A stretch of 64,000 bases of DNA. It comes from an uncultured Gemmatimonadales bacterium (GTDB lineage: Bacteria > Gemmatimonadota > Gemmatimonadetes > Gemmatimonadales > Gemmatimonadaceae). This document shows positions 1-12,657 of this stretch, piece after piece. The notes beneath the pieces are model-generated. The model made no database searches. It saw only the letters and a list, made by a program, of their open reading frames with translations, and was not told where the DNA came from. The translations under genes and the position numbers were made by a program. The first letter of the stretch is position 1; each line of letters opens with the position of its first letter. Where the stretch lies: contig OY969695.1 of the NCBI GenBank assembly GCA_963701965.1, forward strand, positions 192,001 to 256,000. The letters are read 5' to 3'.

Positions 1-748
1 GCGCGCGACGATCGCCAGCTCGCGATCCAGCGCGTCGGCATTCGCGCCGTGCGCTATCCGCTGCAGCTGCGGATCGAAGGCGCAGTCGTGCCGACGGTCG
101 CCGAGTGGGCGCTCGACGTCGCCCTGCCGGCCGAGCAGAAGGGCACGCACATGTCGCGCTTCGTCGCCTGGCTCGACGCCATCGACGCGCCGCTCGACAT
201 CGCGACGCTGCGCGCGCGAGGCGGCGCGGATGCTGGCCCTGCTCGGCGCCGACGCCGGCCGCATCGAGGCCTCGTTCCCGTTCTTCCTGAGGAAGCGTGC
301 GCCGGTCTCCGGCGTCGAGAGCCTGCTCGAGTACCAGGGCCGGCTGATCGCCGAGGCGAAGTGCCGGTGCGACGCACGGTCTGGCTCGAGGTCGTGGTTC
401 CGGTCAAGTCGCTCTGCCCGTGCTCGAAGGAGATCTCCGACTACGGCGCGCACAACCAGCGCTCGCACGTGACGATCCGGGTCGAGGCGCTGGCCGAGCT
501 GTCGTGGCGCGAGCTGGTGCGCTTCGCCGAAGACTCGGCGTCGGCCGAGATCTGGTCGTCGCTCAAGCGCGCCGACGAGAAATGGATCACCGAGCGCGCC
601 TACGAGAATCCCGAAGTTCGTCGAGGACATGGTGCGCGACGTCGCGCTGCTGCTCAACGCCGATGCGCGGATCGGCCGTTACTGCGTCGACGTCGAGAAC
701 TTCGAGTCGATTCACGCCCACAGCGCGGTCGCCCGCATCGAGCGCTGA
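1..748 (+). CDS. folE2: GTP cyclohydrolase FolE2 (5' partial, frameshifted)
   Basis: Motifs [51 protein letters not shown] spread over shifted frames. Confidence 0.9.
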
Positions 749-928
749 GCGCCGTTCGCCGCGGCGACGGCCGCTTGCCGAGGCGCAGGCCGAGGCGGAT
801 CAGGCCACCCACAATCCGGGCGCGAAAAGGGGCGCGCGCCACCGAAGTGCGGCTCGAGCCGATCGGCGGGCCGGCCGGTCGCGCTCTGGCTGTCCTGGCG
901 CCGGTACGAAAGAAAGAAGTCGGCGATC

Positions 929-1132
929 TCAGCGCTTGGTGCGCGTGGCCGTGGTCGTCGCCCGGCGTGCGCGCAGCGCGGCGCCGCCGTTGCGCGCGGC
1001 GATCGCGTCGCGCAGCAGGTACTCGACCTGCGCGTTGACGCTGCGCAGCTCGGCGGCGGCGAGACGCTCGATCTCGGTCCAGAGCGCCGGATCGACGCGC
1101 AGCAGGAACGACTTCTTGTCGGGGCTCGCCAT
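929..1132 (-). CDS. Small Arc/ribbon-helix-helix DNA-binding protein
   Basis: KKSFLLRVDPALW...ELRSVNAQVEYLL; directly downstream of SPFH gene. Confidence 0.8.
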   Translation of the reverse strand: MASPDKKSFLLRVDPALWTEIERLAAAELRSVNAQVEYLLRDAIAARNGGAALRARRATTTATRTKR

Positions 1133-1154
1133 GCCGGCCGTTCGCTGCCCGGTC

Positions 1155-2051
1155 TCAGGCGTACAAGGTGCCCGTGTTGATCACCGGCGTCGCGTCGTGA
1201 TCGGAGCAGAGGACGACGAGCAGGTTGCTCACCATCGCCGCGCGCCGCTCGTCGTCGAGCTGCATCAGGCCGCGCTCGGCCAGCCCGTTCAGCGCCAGCT
1301 CGACCATGCCGACCGCGCCCTGGACGATCTTGGTCCGCGCCGCGATCACCGCCTCGGCCTGCTGCCGGCGCAGCATCGTCCCGGCGATCTCGGGCGCGTA
1401 GGCGAGGTGGGTGAGCTTGGCGTCGACGACGACCAGCCCGGCCTGGTCGAAGCGCTGCTGAAGCTCGCTCCGCAGCGCCTGCGAGACCTCCTCGGTGCCC
1501 GAGCGCAGCGTCACCTCGGTCTTGGCCGTCGCCGTCGCCGTCGACTCATCTAGGTTGTCGTAGGCGTAACTGAGCGCCAGATGGCGCAGCGCCGACTCGG
1601 CCTGGGTCAGCACATAGGCCTCGTAGTTCTCGACGTCGAAGGTGGCGCGCGCGGTGTCGTCGACGCGCCAGACAACGGTGGCGGCGATCTCGATCGGGTT
1701 GCCACGCAGGTCGTTGACCTTGAGCTTCTCGCTGTTGAAGTTGTGCGCCCGGACCGAGATCTTGTCCTTGGCGTAGAACGGATTGGCCCAGCGCAGACCG
1801 CTCTGGCGATCGGTGCCGCGGTAGCTGCCGAAGAAGAGCAGCAGCGCCGCCTGGTTCGGCTGCAGCATGTAGAGACCGCCCAGGCACCAGATCGCGACCA
1901 GCACGGCGGCGATGAACGCGACCAGGGTCGCGCCCATCGGCCGGTTGGCCAGGATCGCCCCGGCGCCGAGCAGGACGATGATGCCGACGGTGATGTAGAC
2001 GAAGCCGCTGCTCGTCGCCGCGGGCCGCTCTTCTGCGGGCTGGATGGCCAT
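1155..2051 (-). CDS. SPFH/band 7 domain membrane protein
   Basis: Two N-terminal TM segments; [32 protein letters not shown] motifs. Confidence 0.9.
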   Translation of the reverse strand: MAIQPAEERPAATSSGFVYITVGIIVLLGAGAILANRPMGATLVAFIAAVLVAIWCLGGLYMLQPNQAALLLFFGSYRGTDRQSGLRWANPFYAKDKISVRAHNFNSEKLKVNDLRGNPIEIAATVVWRVDDTARATFDVENYEAYVLTQAESALRHLALSYAYDNLDESTATATAKTEVTLRSGTEEVSQALRSELQQRFDQAGLVVVDAKLTHLAYAPEIAGTMLRRQQAEAVIAARTKIVQGAVGMVELALNGLAERGLMQLDDERRAAMVSNLLVVLCSDHDATPVINTGTLYA

Positions 2052-2112
2052 GACACGCTCCCTGGTGAAGTTCGCCTCGACATCGGCCGGGTTTCGCCGG
2101 GACGATGTCAAA

Positions 2113-2149
2113 GTGATATCACATTAGTAGCATGCGCCGGCGCTGTCAA
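2113..2149 (-). promoter_or_regulatory. Sigma70 promoter of SPFH-Arc operon with overlapping palindrome
   Basis: Minus strand TTGACA-17 nt-TAATGT; perfect palindrome GTGATATCAC at 2113-2122. Confidence 0.65.
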
Positions 2150-2167
2150 GGCCGCCAGTCGCGCTCG

Positions 2168-2809
2168 TCAGGCGCCTTCCTCGAGCGCCAGCCCGAGCAG
2201 CGCCGGGTCGCCGCGACCGAGGCGGACAACGACCGGCGTCTCGCCGCTCAGGTCGATCACGGTCGTCGGCGCCATCGGGCAGGCACCGCCGTCGACGATC
2301 GCCTGCACCGTCTTCTCGAAGCGCTCGCGGATCAGCGCCGGGTCGTTCATCGGCTCGCTCTCGCCCGGCGCGATCAGCGTCGTTGCCAGCAGCGGCTGGC
2401 CCATGAGCGCGAGCAGGGCGCTCGTCACCGGATGGTCGGGAACGCGCAGGCCGACGGTCCGTCGCGATGGATGCGAGACGCGCCGCGGCACTTCCTTGGT
2501 CGCCTCGAGGATGAAGGTGAACGGACCCGGCGTCGCGAGCTTGAGCAGCCGGTACTGCTTGTTGTCGACGCGCGCATAGCTCGCGAGCTCGGAGAGGTCG
2601 CGGCAGAGGAGGGTCAGGTGATGGCGCTCGTCGACGGCGCGGATCCGGCGCAGCTTCTCGGCCGCCGCCTTGTCGTCGAGGTGGCAGGCGAAGGCGTAGC
2701 TCGAGTCGGTCGGGATCGCGGCGATGCCGCCGTCCTCGAGGATCTGCGCCGCCTGCTTGAGGAGCCGCGGCTGCGGGTTGACCGGGTGGACTTCGAAGTA
2801 CTGGGACAT
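2168..2809 (-). CDS. yciO: Sua5/YciO/YrdC family protein
   Basis: MSQYFEVHPVNPQPRL, PTDSSYA, HHLTLLCRDLSE, TPGPFTFIL. Confidence 0.85.
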   Translation of the reverse strand: MSQYFEVHPVNPQPRLLKQAAQILEDGGIAAIPTDSSYAFACHLDDKAAAEKLRRIRAVDERHHLTLLCRDLSELASYARVDNKQYRLLKLATPGPFTFILEATKEVPRRVSHPSRRTVGLRVPDHPVTSALLALMGQPLLATTLIAPGESEPMNDPALIRERFEKTVQAIVDGGACPMAPTTVIDLSGETPVVVRLGRGDPALLGLALEEGA

Positions 2810-2837
2810 GCGCCGATTGTCGGCGGGCGCACGAAAC

Positions 2838-3692
2838 TCAGCCGGGGCTGGTGGATTCGCGACCCGAGCGCGTCCCACACGGGAGTCAGTCCGGCCGGCA
2901 GCGGCGGCAGGCCGCCGAGGTCGATCCGGCTCTCGTCGGGGCTGTGGAAATCGCTGCCGCGCGAGGCGAGCAGGTCGTACTCGCGCGCCGCGTCGGCATA
3001 GCGGACGGCTTCGGCCGCGGTGTGGCTGCCGGTCACGACTTCGACGCCGCGCCCGCCGTGCGCCTTGAATTCGGTGAAGAGCGCGTACTCCTCGTTGGCG
3101 CTGAACTTGTAGCGCGCCGGATGGGCGATCACGGCGACGCCGCCGGCGGCGCCGATCCACGTGACCGCGTTCTTCAGCGTCGCCCAGCGGTGAGGCACGA
3201 AGCCCGGCTTGCCTTCGATCAGGAAACGCCGGAACACCTCCTGGGTATCGGCACAGACGCCACTTTCGACCAGGTGACGCGCGAAGTGGGTGCGCGAGAT
3301 CAGGTCGGGGTTGCCGACGAAGCGCAGCGCCCCTTCGTAGCAGCCGGCGATGCCGACCTTGGCCAGCTCGTCGGCCATCTCCCGGGCGCGCGCCTCGCGG
3401 CCGCCGCGCGTCGCCGCCAGGCCTTGCTTCAGCGCCTCATCGGTGCTGTCGATGCCGAGGCCGACGATGTGCACCGTCGTGTCAGCGAAGGTGACCGAGA
3501 TCTCGACGCCGGTGAGATACGGCAGGCCGGCGGCGTGCGCCGCGGCGCTCGCGCGCTCCTGGCCACCGAGCTCGTCATGATCGGTGAGCGCCCAGAGCTC
3601 GACGCCGTTGGCCTTGGCGCGCGCGGCGAGCGCTTCGGGCTCGAGCGTGCCGTCGGAGACGGACGAATGGCAGTGCAGGTCGGCGTTCCATG
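2838..3692 (-). CDS. PHP-domain phosphatase (YciV/TrpH-like); ends approximate
   Basis: NADLHCHSSVSDG, LTDHD, AHPARY, SRGSDFH; adjacent to yciO. Confidence 0.85.
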
Positions 3693-3795
3693 CGATGGCG
3701 ATGTCGCTGCATCATAGTGGCCTGCTCGTGTGCGCGCGGCCGCCTGACGTCAGCGGTTGCCGGCGCCGTGACGGCGTCCGCGAGAATCCCGGTCG

Positions 3796-4512
3796 ATGCG
3801 TCCCCGTCTTGTCTCCGTCCTGGCCGTCGTCGTCGCGCTGACCGCGCTCCTCGGTTCGTGCGCCGACTACTTCGACGCCCGCGCCGAGGGCGCGCTGCGC
3901 GAGGCGCTGGCTCGCGTCGTCGGTCCCGCGGCGTCGTACGAGGTCAGCGTCTCGGGCGCGAGCGTCGATGCGACGCGTTTCGAGCGCGTCCGCTTCGTCG
4001 GCACGCGGATCGTCCGCGAGCGCGCGCCAGTGCTCGACCGGCTCGAGCTTGAGCTGCGCGGCGTCGCCATCAACCGCCAGGAAAAGCGCCTCACCGCCCT
4101 CGCCGGAGCGAGCGGCGTGCTGCGCATCCGCGCCGACGACCTCGCCGACTATCTGCGCGAGCGTGGCTGGTTCGAAGACGCCCGCGTCGTCGTCGCGCCG
4201 CCCGATCGGATCACGATCAGCGGTGTGCCGAAGATCGGCGGCGCCGTGATCCAGGTGCGCGACGGCGCCGAGCTGCAAGGCCGGCTGGTCGCCCAGGGCG
4301 CACAGCTGCGCCTCGCCGTCGAGGCGGTTCGCATCGGCGAGCTGCAGGGGGCGCCGCTGGTTCGCACGCTGCTCGAGCGTGCCGTCAATCCGCTGCTCGA
4401 CGCCGGCGGCTTTCCGGTCGCGGCGCGCATCGACGCGGTCGCGGTCGAGGGCGACGCCGTCGTCATCACCGCCTCGGGGAGCCGACTCGACAGCGGGCTC
4501 GTCACGCCATAG
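3796..4512 (+). CDS. Putative lipoprotein, DUF2993/LmeA-like
   Basis: Signal peptide ending LLGSC; beta-rich body. Confidence 0.5.
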   Translation: MRPRLVSVLAVVVALTALLGSCADYFDARAEGALREALARVVGPAASYEVSVSGASVDATRFERVRFVGTRIVRERAPVLDRLELELRGVAINRQEKRLTALAGASGVLRIRADDLADYLRERGWFEDARVVVAPPDRITISGVPKIGGAVIQVRDGAELQGRLVAQGAQLRLAVEAVRIGELQGAPLVRTLLERAVNPLLDAGGFPVAARIDAVAVEGDAVVITASGSRLDSGLVTP

Positions 4513-6236
4513 CTTCGATCGCGACGACGATCATCTGCACCCGTTCGACGCCGTTGTAGGCGTCGAGGCCGAGCCGCCAGGCCATGCGCACGCGGCCTTC
4601 GACCGGGTCGCTCCGGCCGAACCAGATCGCGTCGCGGACGACGCCGCCGACGCGCACCGCGAGCTTCAGGTGCTTCTCGCCGACCAGGCGCTGCGAGACG
4701 ATCTCGACCACGTCGCTGAACACCGGCGCATCGAACGCGGCGCCCCAGACCTGGTCGTCGATCAGGCGCGCGGTCGCGGGTCGAAGAGCTCGGCTGCCGA
4801 GCGGGCCGTCGCTGAAGATCGTGCGCTCGGCGCCGCTCGCGCCGAGGCTTTCGACGGCGACCTGCTGCAGCGCGCCGCGGAAGGTCTCGAAGTCGGCCCG
4901 GGCGATCGTGCAGCCGGCCGCCATCGCATGGCCGCCGAAGCGCACCAGCAGTCCGGGATGGCGCTTGCTCACGAGGTCGAGCGCGTCGCGCAGGTGAAAG
5001 CCGTCGATCGAGCGGCCCGAGCCCTTGAGCGCGCCGTCCTGGCCGAGCGCGAACACGAAGCTCGGCCGATGCAGCCGGTCCTTCAGGCGCGCGGCGATGA
5101 TGCCGACGACGCCTTCGTGGAACGACGGATCGAATACCGCGAGCGCCGGCTCGATCTCGCCGGTGAGCGCGAACGCGCGGTCGACCTCGGCCTCGGCGTC
5201 CTCGCGCATGCCGGCCTCGAGCGCGCGCCGCTCGCGGTTGATCGTGTCGAGCAGGGTCGCGAGCTCGTTGGCTCGCGCGGGATCGTCGGTGAGCAAACAC
5301 TCGATGCCGAGCGTCATGTCGGCGAGCCGGCCGGCGGCGTTCAGGCGCGGCCCGATGGCGAAGCCGAAGTCGCCGGCGCTCGCCTGGCGCGGATCGCGTC
5401 CGGCGACCGCGAACAGCGCGGCGACGCCGGGCTGCATGCGACCGGCGCGGACGCGCTTCAGCCCTTGCGCCACCAGGCAGCGGTTGTTGCGGTCGAGGCG
5501 GACGACGTCGGCGACCGTGCCGAGCGCGACCAGGTCGAGCAGGGCGTCGAGCCGCGGCTGCTGGGCGACCTCGAACTCGCCGCGCGCGCGCAGCTCGGCG
5601 CGCAGGGCGAGCAGCACGTAGAAGGCGACGCCGACGCCGGCGAGGTGCTTGCTCGCGAAGCCGCAGTCCGGCTGGTTCGGATTGACGATCACGTCGGCGC
5701 TCGGGCAGCGCGACTTCGCCGTCGACCCGCACCGGCAGGTGGTGATCGGTGACGACGACCGCGAGTCCCGCCGCCTGCGCGTAGGCGACGCCTTCGAGGC
5801 TGGCGATGCCGTTGTCGACCGTCATCAGGATCTCGGCCGACTGGGCCAGCGCGAGGTCGACGATCTGCGGCGTCAGGCCGTAGCCGTGGACACGGCGGTC
5901 GGGGACGACGTAGCAGAGCGATTCGGGCGCCGCGCCGAGCAGGCGCAGGCCGCGCAGCGCCACCGCGCAGGCGGTCGCGCCGTCGCAGTCGTAGTCGGCG
6001 ACGACGCAGATGCGGCTGCCGGCGCCGATGGCATCGGCGAGCAGCGTCGCCGCGTCGGTCGCGCCGCGCAGTCCGGCCGGCGGCAGCAGGCGCGCCAGCG
6101 CGTCGTCGAGCTCGTCGGCCGAGCGCACGCCGCGTGCCGCAAACAGGCGCGCCAGCAGCGGATGCAGGCCGGCCTGCTCGAGGGCCCAGGCGGTGCGCGG
6201 CGGGACGTCGCGGGTGACGAAGCGGATCGGCGTCAT
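4502..6236 (-). CDS. recJ: ssDNA exonuclease RecJ (frameshift ~5700)
   Basis: DYDCDG, TVDNG, TDHH, LGTVADVV, GPRLNAAGRL, FGGHAMAAG. Confidence 0.95.
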
Positions 6237-6241
6237 CGCGA

Positions 6242-7204
6242 TCAGAGCTCCGGCGAGCAGCTCGTGCGCCGCGCCCTTCGCGCCGGCGCCGCGCAGGCGC
6301 TGCCAGAGCGTGCGCGGCTGCAGCTCGAAGCGCGCCGCGCTGCGCTCGCCGCAGAGCGTCAGCGTGGTCGCGCCGCCGGCACGCGGCGTGCACGAGCAGG
6401 CGCGCGACGGCGTCGCGATCGAGGCCGTGCCAGGCCTCGGCCCACGCCGCCCAGTCGTTCGCCAGCAGCGGCGCGCGCAAGGCGGTCGCGATCTCGGGCG
6501 TCGCCGCTGCCTCGGCGGCCTGGCGTCGGCCGCAGCCGCTGAGCCAGAACGAGTTCACCGCGAGCGCGCCGCGCTCTTCGCGCGCCGCGTTGACGGCGTG
6601 GGTGTAGAAAACGAGCTGCGCTTCGCTCTGCAGGCGACGCAGCAGGCGTGCCACGGCGCGGCTGCCGTCGTCGCCGGCTGCGGCCGATTCGCGCAGCCAG
6701 CGGTCGACGCCGCGGCCGATGACGCGGTCGAGCGACGCGGTCGCGAAGCCCTGGAGATCGTCGCGCGCCGCATACCAGCGGTCGGCGCCGCCCCACGCGG
6801 TGGCGAAGCCTTCGCTCGCGAGCAGGGCCTCGGCGCTCGGCGAACAAGGCGCGCGATTCGGTCTCGCCGAGATCGAGCTGGCCGGGATCGAGCAGGACGA
6901 CGTCGTCGCGCCCGAGCTGCCAGTGGCTCGGCGTGAGCAGCGCCCAGGCGGCGTCGCCGGTGGCGATGCCGTCGGCGGCAGCGGCGTGGGCGGCGAACGG
7001 CAGCATGCCGTCGCCGCCGCGCCAGCCCCATGCTGCGGCCAGCGCGCGCTCGTGCGGCGGCGAGAAACTGAGGGCGTCGGCGGCGTCGCTGCCTGCCGGC
7101 GCGAGCAGGCCGAGCAGGCGTTCGAGGTTCGGCAGCGCCAGGTCATGCAGCACGTGCCGACAGGCCTCCGACGTGTCGGAAGCGAACGGTACGAGCAGGT
7201 GCAT
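6242..7204 (-). CDS. Conserved hypothetical protein upstream of recJ (phosphoglycerate mutase-like, frameshifted)
   Basis: LPNLERLL, TPSHW, ASLDRVIGR, RRLQSEAQ, HAVNAAREERG..VNSFWLSGCG across frames. Confidence 0.65.
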
Positions 7205-7269
7205 GCGGCGATTATCGGAGCGCCCTCGCGAGCGCGGTGGCGTGCCCCGTCGGGTAGCATCGCCCCGGC

Positions 7270-8519
7270 ATGAACTGGCCCTATGAACTGCAGATCGGCT
7301 GGCGCTACACGCGGGCCGGCCGGGCCGGGCGCAGGAACGGCTTCATCTCGTTCATCTCCGGCGTGTCGATGCTCGGCATCGCCCTCGGCGTCGCCGCGCT
7401 GATCATCGTCCTCTCGGTCATGAACGGCTTCCAGAAGGAAGTGCGCGACCGGATGCTTTCGGTGATCGCCCACGTCGAGCTGAGCGACGCCGGCGGCGCC
7501 GGCTTCGTCGACTGGCGCCGGATCGCCGAGCAGGCGCGGCGCAATCCCGAGGTCGTCGGCGCCGCGCCGTTCGTCGCCTCGCAGGCGCTGATCGCGCGCG
7601 GCGACGACATGCGCGGCATCATCGTCCGCGGCATCTCGCCGCAGGAAGAGGCGACCGTCACCGACCTCGCCGCCAAGCTGCGCGACACGACGCTGGCGCG
7701 GCTCGTCCCCGGCTCGTGGAGCGTCGTCCTCGGCCGCGAGCTGGCGCGCTCGCTCTCGGTCCGCGAGGGCGACAAGGTGACGATCATCCTGCCCGGCGGC
7801 CAGGTCACGCCGGCCGGCATCGTGCCGCGCCTGCGCACGCTCACCGTCGTCGGCACCTTCGACGCCGGCCACTACGAGTACGACAGCGGCCTGGCGCTGG
7901 TCGCGCTCGAGGACGCGGCCAAGCTCTTTCGCGTCGAAGGACCGACCGGCGTCCAGCTGCGCCTGAAGGACCTGAACCGCGCTCCAGCTCGTCGCCGCCG
8001 AGCTCGAGCAAACGCTCGGGCCGCAGGTCATGGTGCGCGACTGGACCAACACCAACCGCAACTGGTTCTCGGCGGTGCAGGTGGAAAAGCGCCTGATGTT
8101 CATCATCCTGACGCTGATCGTCGCCGTCGCCGCGTTCAACCTGGTCTCGACGCTGGTCATGACGGTCACCGACAAGCGCGCCGACATCGCCATCCTGCGC
8201 ACCCTCGGCGCGAGCCCGCGCTCGGTGATGGGAATCTTCATCGTCCAGGGCGCCGCATCGGGCGTGATCGGCACGCTCGCCGGCGTCGCGCTCGGCCTGG
8301 TCATCGCCTACAACATCGACGTCATCGTGCCGGCGATCGAAGGCCTGCTGCACATGAGCTTCCTGCCGAGCAGCGTCTACCTCATCAGCCGCATGCCGAG
8401 CGATCCGCAGCAGGGCGACATCGTTCCGGTGGCGATCATCTCGCTCGTGCTCGCCTTCCTGGCGACGCTCTATCCGAGCTGGCGCGCGAGCCGGCTGCAG
8501 CCGGCCGAGGCTCTGCGCT

Positions 8520-8527
<8 letters not shown>
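7270..8527 (+). CDS. lolC: Lipoprotein-releasing ABC transporter permease (frameshift ~7985)
   Basis: [47 protein letters not shown]. Confidence 0.92.
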
Positions 8528-9255
<728 letters not shown>

Positions 9256-9283
9256 TCCGCGCTGCGCCCGCGCGCTGAGACCG

Positions 9284-10768
9284 TCAGCGCCAGTCGATCG
9301 CGCCGAAGCGTTCCTGGCCGAGCAGCGTATAGAAGATGCCGATGGTGTTGCGCACCTGCTTGCCGGTCGGCGATCCGTCGAAGCTGGCGTCGCGGCGGTT
9401 GCCGAGGTAGCGGATCGAGATCGCGTGCTGGCGGTAGACGCGCACCGTGAGCGCGGCGTCGAGGCGCAGGATGTTGTCGTGGCCGCCGCTCGTTCCCGAG
9501 GCGACGCTGCTGACGAAGTACTCGCGCCCGGTCAGGTCGAGCGACGCCTTGTCGCTGTGCGTCAGGCGCAGCGCGAGCAGCGCCTGCGGCGTGACGCCGT
9601 AGTTGTAGTCGCGATCGCTCGCCGCGCTGTTGGCGGTGCCGACGGCGCTGTAGCCGAGCCCGCCGAGCGCCGTGCCTTCGAGCGAGAGATCTTTGTTGAG
9701 CCACCAGTGGCCGGTCGTTCCGAGCGAGAGACCGGTGGTCGAAATGCGGAAGGTCTGCGGCGAGATGTAGTCGTAGTTGCCGTAGATGCCCCAGACGCCG
9801 CGGTAGTCGGGGCCGGCGTCGTACGACTTGCCGACCAGCAGGCCGCGCGTCAGCACGTTCTCGAAGCCGTTCGCGCTCGACGCCGTCGCCTGGAAGTTGA
9901 AGTAGTCGAACGGCCGCGTGTACTGGTAGCCCGACTTGCCGGGCAGGCCGTAGTCGAGCGAGAAGTCGAGCTGCGCCTCGTTCGGCTGGAACTTGGTCGA
10001 CGTGATGCCGGTCTCCTCGCGCAGGCTGTGCACGTAGCCGAGCTGCATCCGGCTGTAGTAGGCCGCGTCGTGGCTCGAGAAGATGCCGCCGAAGCGCTCG
10101 GGGAAGACGAGCCGGTTGAAGCCGGCCGAGGGAGAGACCAGCGCCGCCGCCGCCTCGCGCCAGGGCCGCGACAGCCCGCCGCCCTGCTCGAGCAGCAGGT
10201 TCGACATCCGAAACAGCGCTTCGCCGAGGAAGGCGCCGCCGATGCCGCTCGCGACCTGGTCGTTGCGCGAGGGCTGGGTCGTCTCGCCGGCGATCTCCCA
10301 CACGGCGCTGCCGGCGAAGGTGTAGCCCGCCGACTCCCAGAAGTTGAAGCCGGCCGAGCGCGCGAAGCCGTGGTACATCGCGCCCTGGTACGGATGGCCG
10401 AGCTGGTTGATCTTGAACGGATCGTCGTCGGTGCCCCAGCTGCTGTGCAGGTTGCGCCGGATCGAGTCCATGGTGACCGCGTAGTCGTCGCGGCTGCTGC
10501 TGTCGCCGAACTTGTAGTTGAGGCGATTGACCAGGAAGTCGAAGCCGATGATCTCGGCCATCGGCAGCGCGTAGTCGCTCCAGCGCCGATCCGCTGCCGG
10601 CGAAGGCGGCGCGCTCGCGGCAACGCTCATGACCGGCGCGGCGGCGGCAGTCTCGTTGGCGTCGGCCGCGGCCGCAGCCAGCGGGATCGCAACCGCGCCG
10701 AGCAGCACCAGCCGCAGTGCGGTCGCGGCGCGGCGAAGGCGGGCAGCTCGAACGATCGAAGACGGCAT
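9284..10768 (-). CDS. DUF3943-like outer membrane/secreted protein
   Basis: Signal peptide; DDDPFKINQLGHPYQG, WEIAGETTQPSRND. Confidence 0.75.
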   Translation of the reverse strand: MPSSIVRAARLRRAATALRLVLLGAVAIPLAAAAADANETAAAAPVMSVAASAPPSPAADRRWSDYALPMAEIIGFDFLVNRLNYKFGDSSSRDDYAVTMDSIRRNLHSSWGTDDDPFKINQLGHPYQGAMYHGFARSAGFNFWESAGYTFAGSAVWEIAGETTQPSRNDQVASGIGGAFLGEALFRMSNLLLEQGGGLSRPWREAAAALVSPSAGFNRLVFPERFGGIFSSHDAAYYSRMQLGYVHSLREETGITSTKFQPNEAQLDFSLDYGLPGKSGYQYTRPFDYFNFQATASSANGFENVLTRGLLVGKSYDAGPDYRGVWGIYGNYDYISPQTFRISTTGLSLGTTGHWWLNKDLSLEGTALGGLGYSAVGTANSAASDRDYNYGVTPQALLALRLTHSDKASLDLTGREYFVSSVASGTSGGHDNILRLDAALTVRVYRQHAISIRYLGNRRDASFDGSPTGKQVRNTIGIFYTLLGQERFGAIDWR

Positions 10769-10849
10769 GTCGGCTCGCATAAAAGCGAGCGCAGCCTAGC
10801 CGCTCCGACGTTGCGCCTGCGCACCGTCGGAGCGGGACGCGGCGCAGTC

Positions 10850-11143
10850 CTACGCGCCGACGTGCCGTTCGCGCGTCGTGCCGAAGCGCGCCGCCGAGCG
10901 CGCGCGTGCGCGCTCGGCCTCGACCTCCCGGTCGCGCGGCTCCGCGGTCGTGACCAGCGAATCGATGAGCGCTCGCGCCGCGCTCGCGACCTGCTCGACG
11001 GCGGCGTCGAACGCCTCCTGATTGGCCTTCGACGGCACGCTGAAGCCGCTCAGCTTGCGAACGAACTGGAGCGACGCGTCACGAATCTCGAGCTCGGTCG
11101 CCGGCGGCTCGAAGTTGAAGAGGGTCTTGATGTTCCTGCACAT
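10850..11143 (-). CDS. DUF2277 family protein
   Basis: MCRNIKTLFNFEPPAT...LQFVRKLSG. Confidence 0.85.
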   Translation of the reverse strand: MCRNIKTLFNFEPPATELEIRDASLQFVRKLSGFSVPSKANQEAFDAAVEQVASAARALIDSLVTTAEPRDREVEAERARARSAARFGTTRERHVGA

Positions 11144-11158
11144 CGCGGTACTGCTCCC

Positions 11159-11530
11159 TCAATCGGTCGGTGAATGGAGCGCGACCCGGTTGCCCTCGCT
11201 GTCGAGGACGATCGCGCGATAGCCGTGCGGGCCGATCTGATGCATCGCCTGGACGATGCGGCCGCCGTTCGCGGCGACGGCGCGCACGGCGTCGCCGAGG
11301 CGCCCGTCGGTATTGAGATAGACGAGCGGACCGCGCTCGCAGGGCGCGTTGTCGTCGTCGGGCGTGTAGAGGCAGCCGCCGACGTCGTCGTGGCTGTGGG
11401 AAAAGACGCCGAAGGCGAAGCCCGGGCCGCCTTCGCGCGTCACCGGGCCGTCGAGCACCGCCGAATAGAACCTGATCGCGCGATCGAGGTCATGCACCGG
11501 AATGTCGACCCAGACAAAGCTGTGGCTCAT
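11159..11530 (-). CDS. VOC/glyoxalase family protein
   Basis: WVDIPVHDLDRAIRFY; DSEGNRVALH. Confidence 0.88.
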   Translation of the reverse strand: MSHSFVWVDIPVHDLDRAIRFYSAVLDGPVTREGGPGFAFGVFSHSHDDVGGCLYTPDDDNAPCERGPLVYLNTDGRLGDAVRAVAANGGRIVQAMHQIGPHGYRAIVLDSEGNRVALHSPTD

Positions 11531-11542
11531 GGCGAATCGTCC

Positions 11543-12182
11543 TCAGTGTTGGGCGAGGCAGGTGCCGCTGCCGTGCGGCGCGGCGCGAAACTCGGGCAGT
11601 GTCTCGGCGTGTGCCGACCACTGCGCCAAGGCCGGACAGCGCCCGGCCGGAACCCGCTCGGCGATCGTCTGCTGAATGAAATGCCAAGCGACGGCCGCGC
11701 TCACGCCGTCCTGGCCGATGGTCGCGCTGTCGCCCGCCAGCGGCGCGCGCGCAACCAGGTCGGCCTCGAGCGCGTCGCAGGCGGCGATCAGCTGGCCGCT
11801 GACGCGCTCGATCCAGGCGTCATGCCGCTTCTCGGCCGGGCGCATGTTCTCGTAGATGATCTGAACGCTCTTCTCGCACGCGGCGAGGGCGAGGCCGATC
11901 GTGCCGCAGGGCGCGTCGGCGCGGCGCCAGCTCGGCCGGCAGCAGCCGCCGTGTGCCGGTCGCAAGGACCTCCGCGTACTCGAGGATGAGGCTCGAGTCC
12001 ATCAGCACCGTGCCGTCGTCGCAGACCAGGGTCGGCGCCTTGACGATCGGATTGATCGCGGCGAACTGCTCGAAGGTGCGAAACACCGAGAGCGGCTCGT
12101 GCACGAAGCGCAGGCCGAGCAGCTGCAGCGAGACGGCGACTCGCCGCACGTACGGTGAATCGAGCATGCCGATCAGTCGCAT
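11543..12182 (-). CDS. Glutathione S-transferase (frameshifted)
   Basis: MRLIGMLDSPYVRRV, INPIVKAPTL, LMDSSLI. Confidence 0.85.
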
Positions 12183-12222
12183 CGCGCTCTCTGCCATGGC
12201 GAGGAGGATAGCGAAGATGGTC

Positions 12223-12651
12223 TCAGGGCGCGCTCGCGCCGAGATGGACCGCCGCGATCAGCCAGAGGAACACGAGCGCGAAGTTGCTCAGCGTGAACGC
12301 CGCGAGGCGATGGAGGACATGGTTGTAGGTGAGGTGGATCGCGCTGTGGATGACGCGCAGGGCGACATAGGCCGAGGCGATCCCGATCGTCAGCGAAGAG
12401 GCGCCGGCGGTGACGTAGAGCAGCAGGCAGACGACATAGAAGAGGATCGGCAGCTCGAGCAGGTTCATGTAGTTGCGATTCGGGATGCTGACGTACCCTG
12501 GCACCGCGGCCGACTCGCCGAGCTTGAAATCGTTGGGACGGATCTCGCGCTTGCGCACCGCGCGGACGCGCGCCATCGGTATGAGCAGCAGCACCACCAG
12601 CGTCCAGAACGCCAGGGCGAACATCGGATAGAGGATTGCCGGATTGCGCAT
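12223..12651 (-). CDS. MAPEG family membrane protein
   Basis: NYMNLLELPILFY; YVALRVIHSAIH. Confidence 0.85.
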   Translation of the reverse strand: MRNPAILYPMFALAFWTLVVLLLIPMARVRAVRKREIRPNDFKLGESAAVPGYVSIPNRNYMNLLELPILFYVVCLLLYVTAGASSLTIGIASAYVALRVIHSAIHLTYNHVLHRLAAFTLSNFALVFLWLIAAVHLGASAP

Positions 12652-12657
12652 CGCGGC

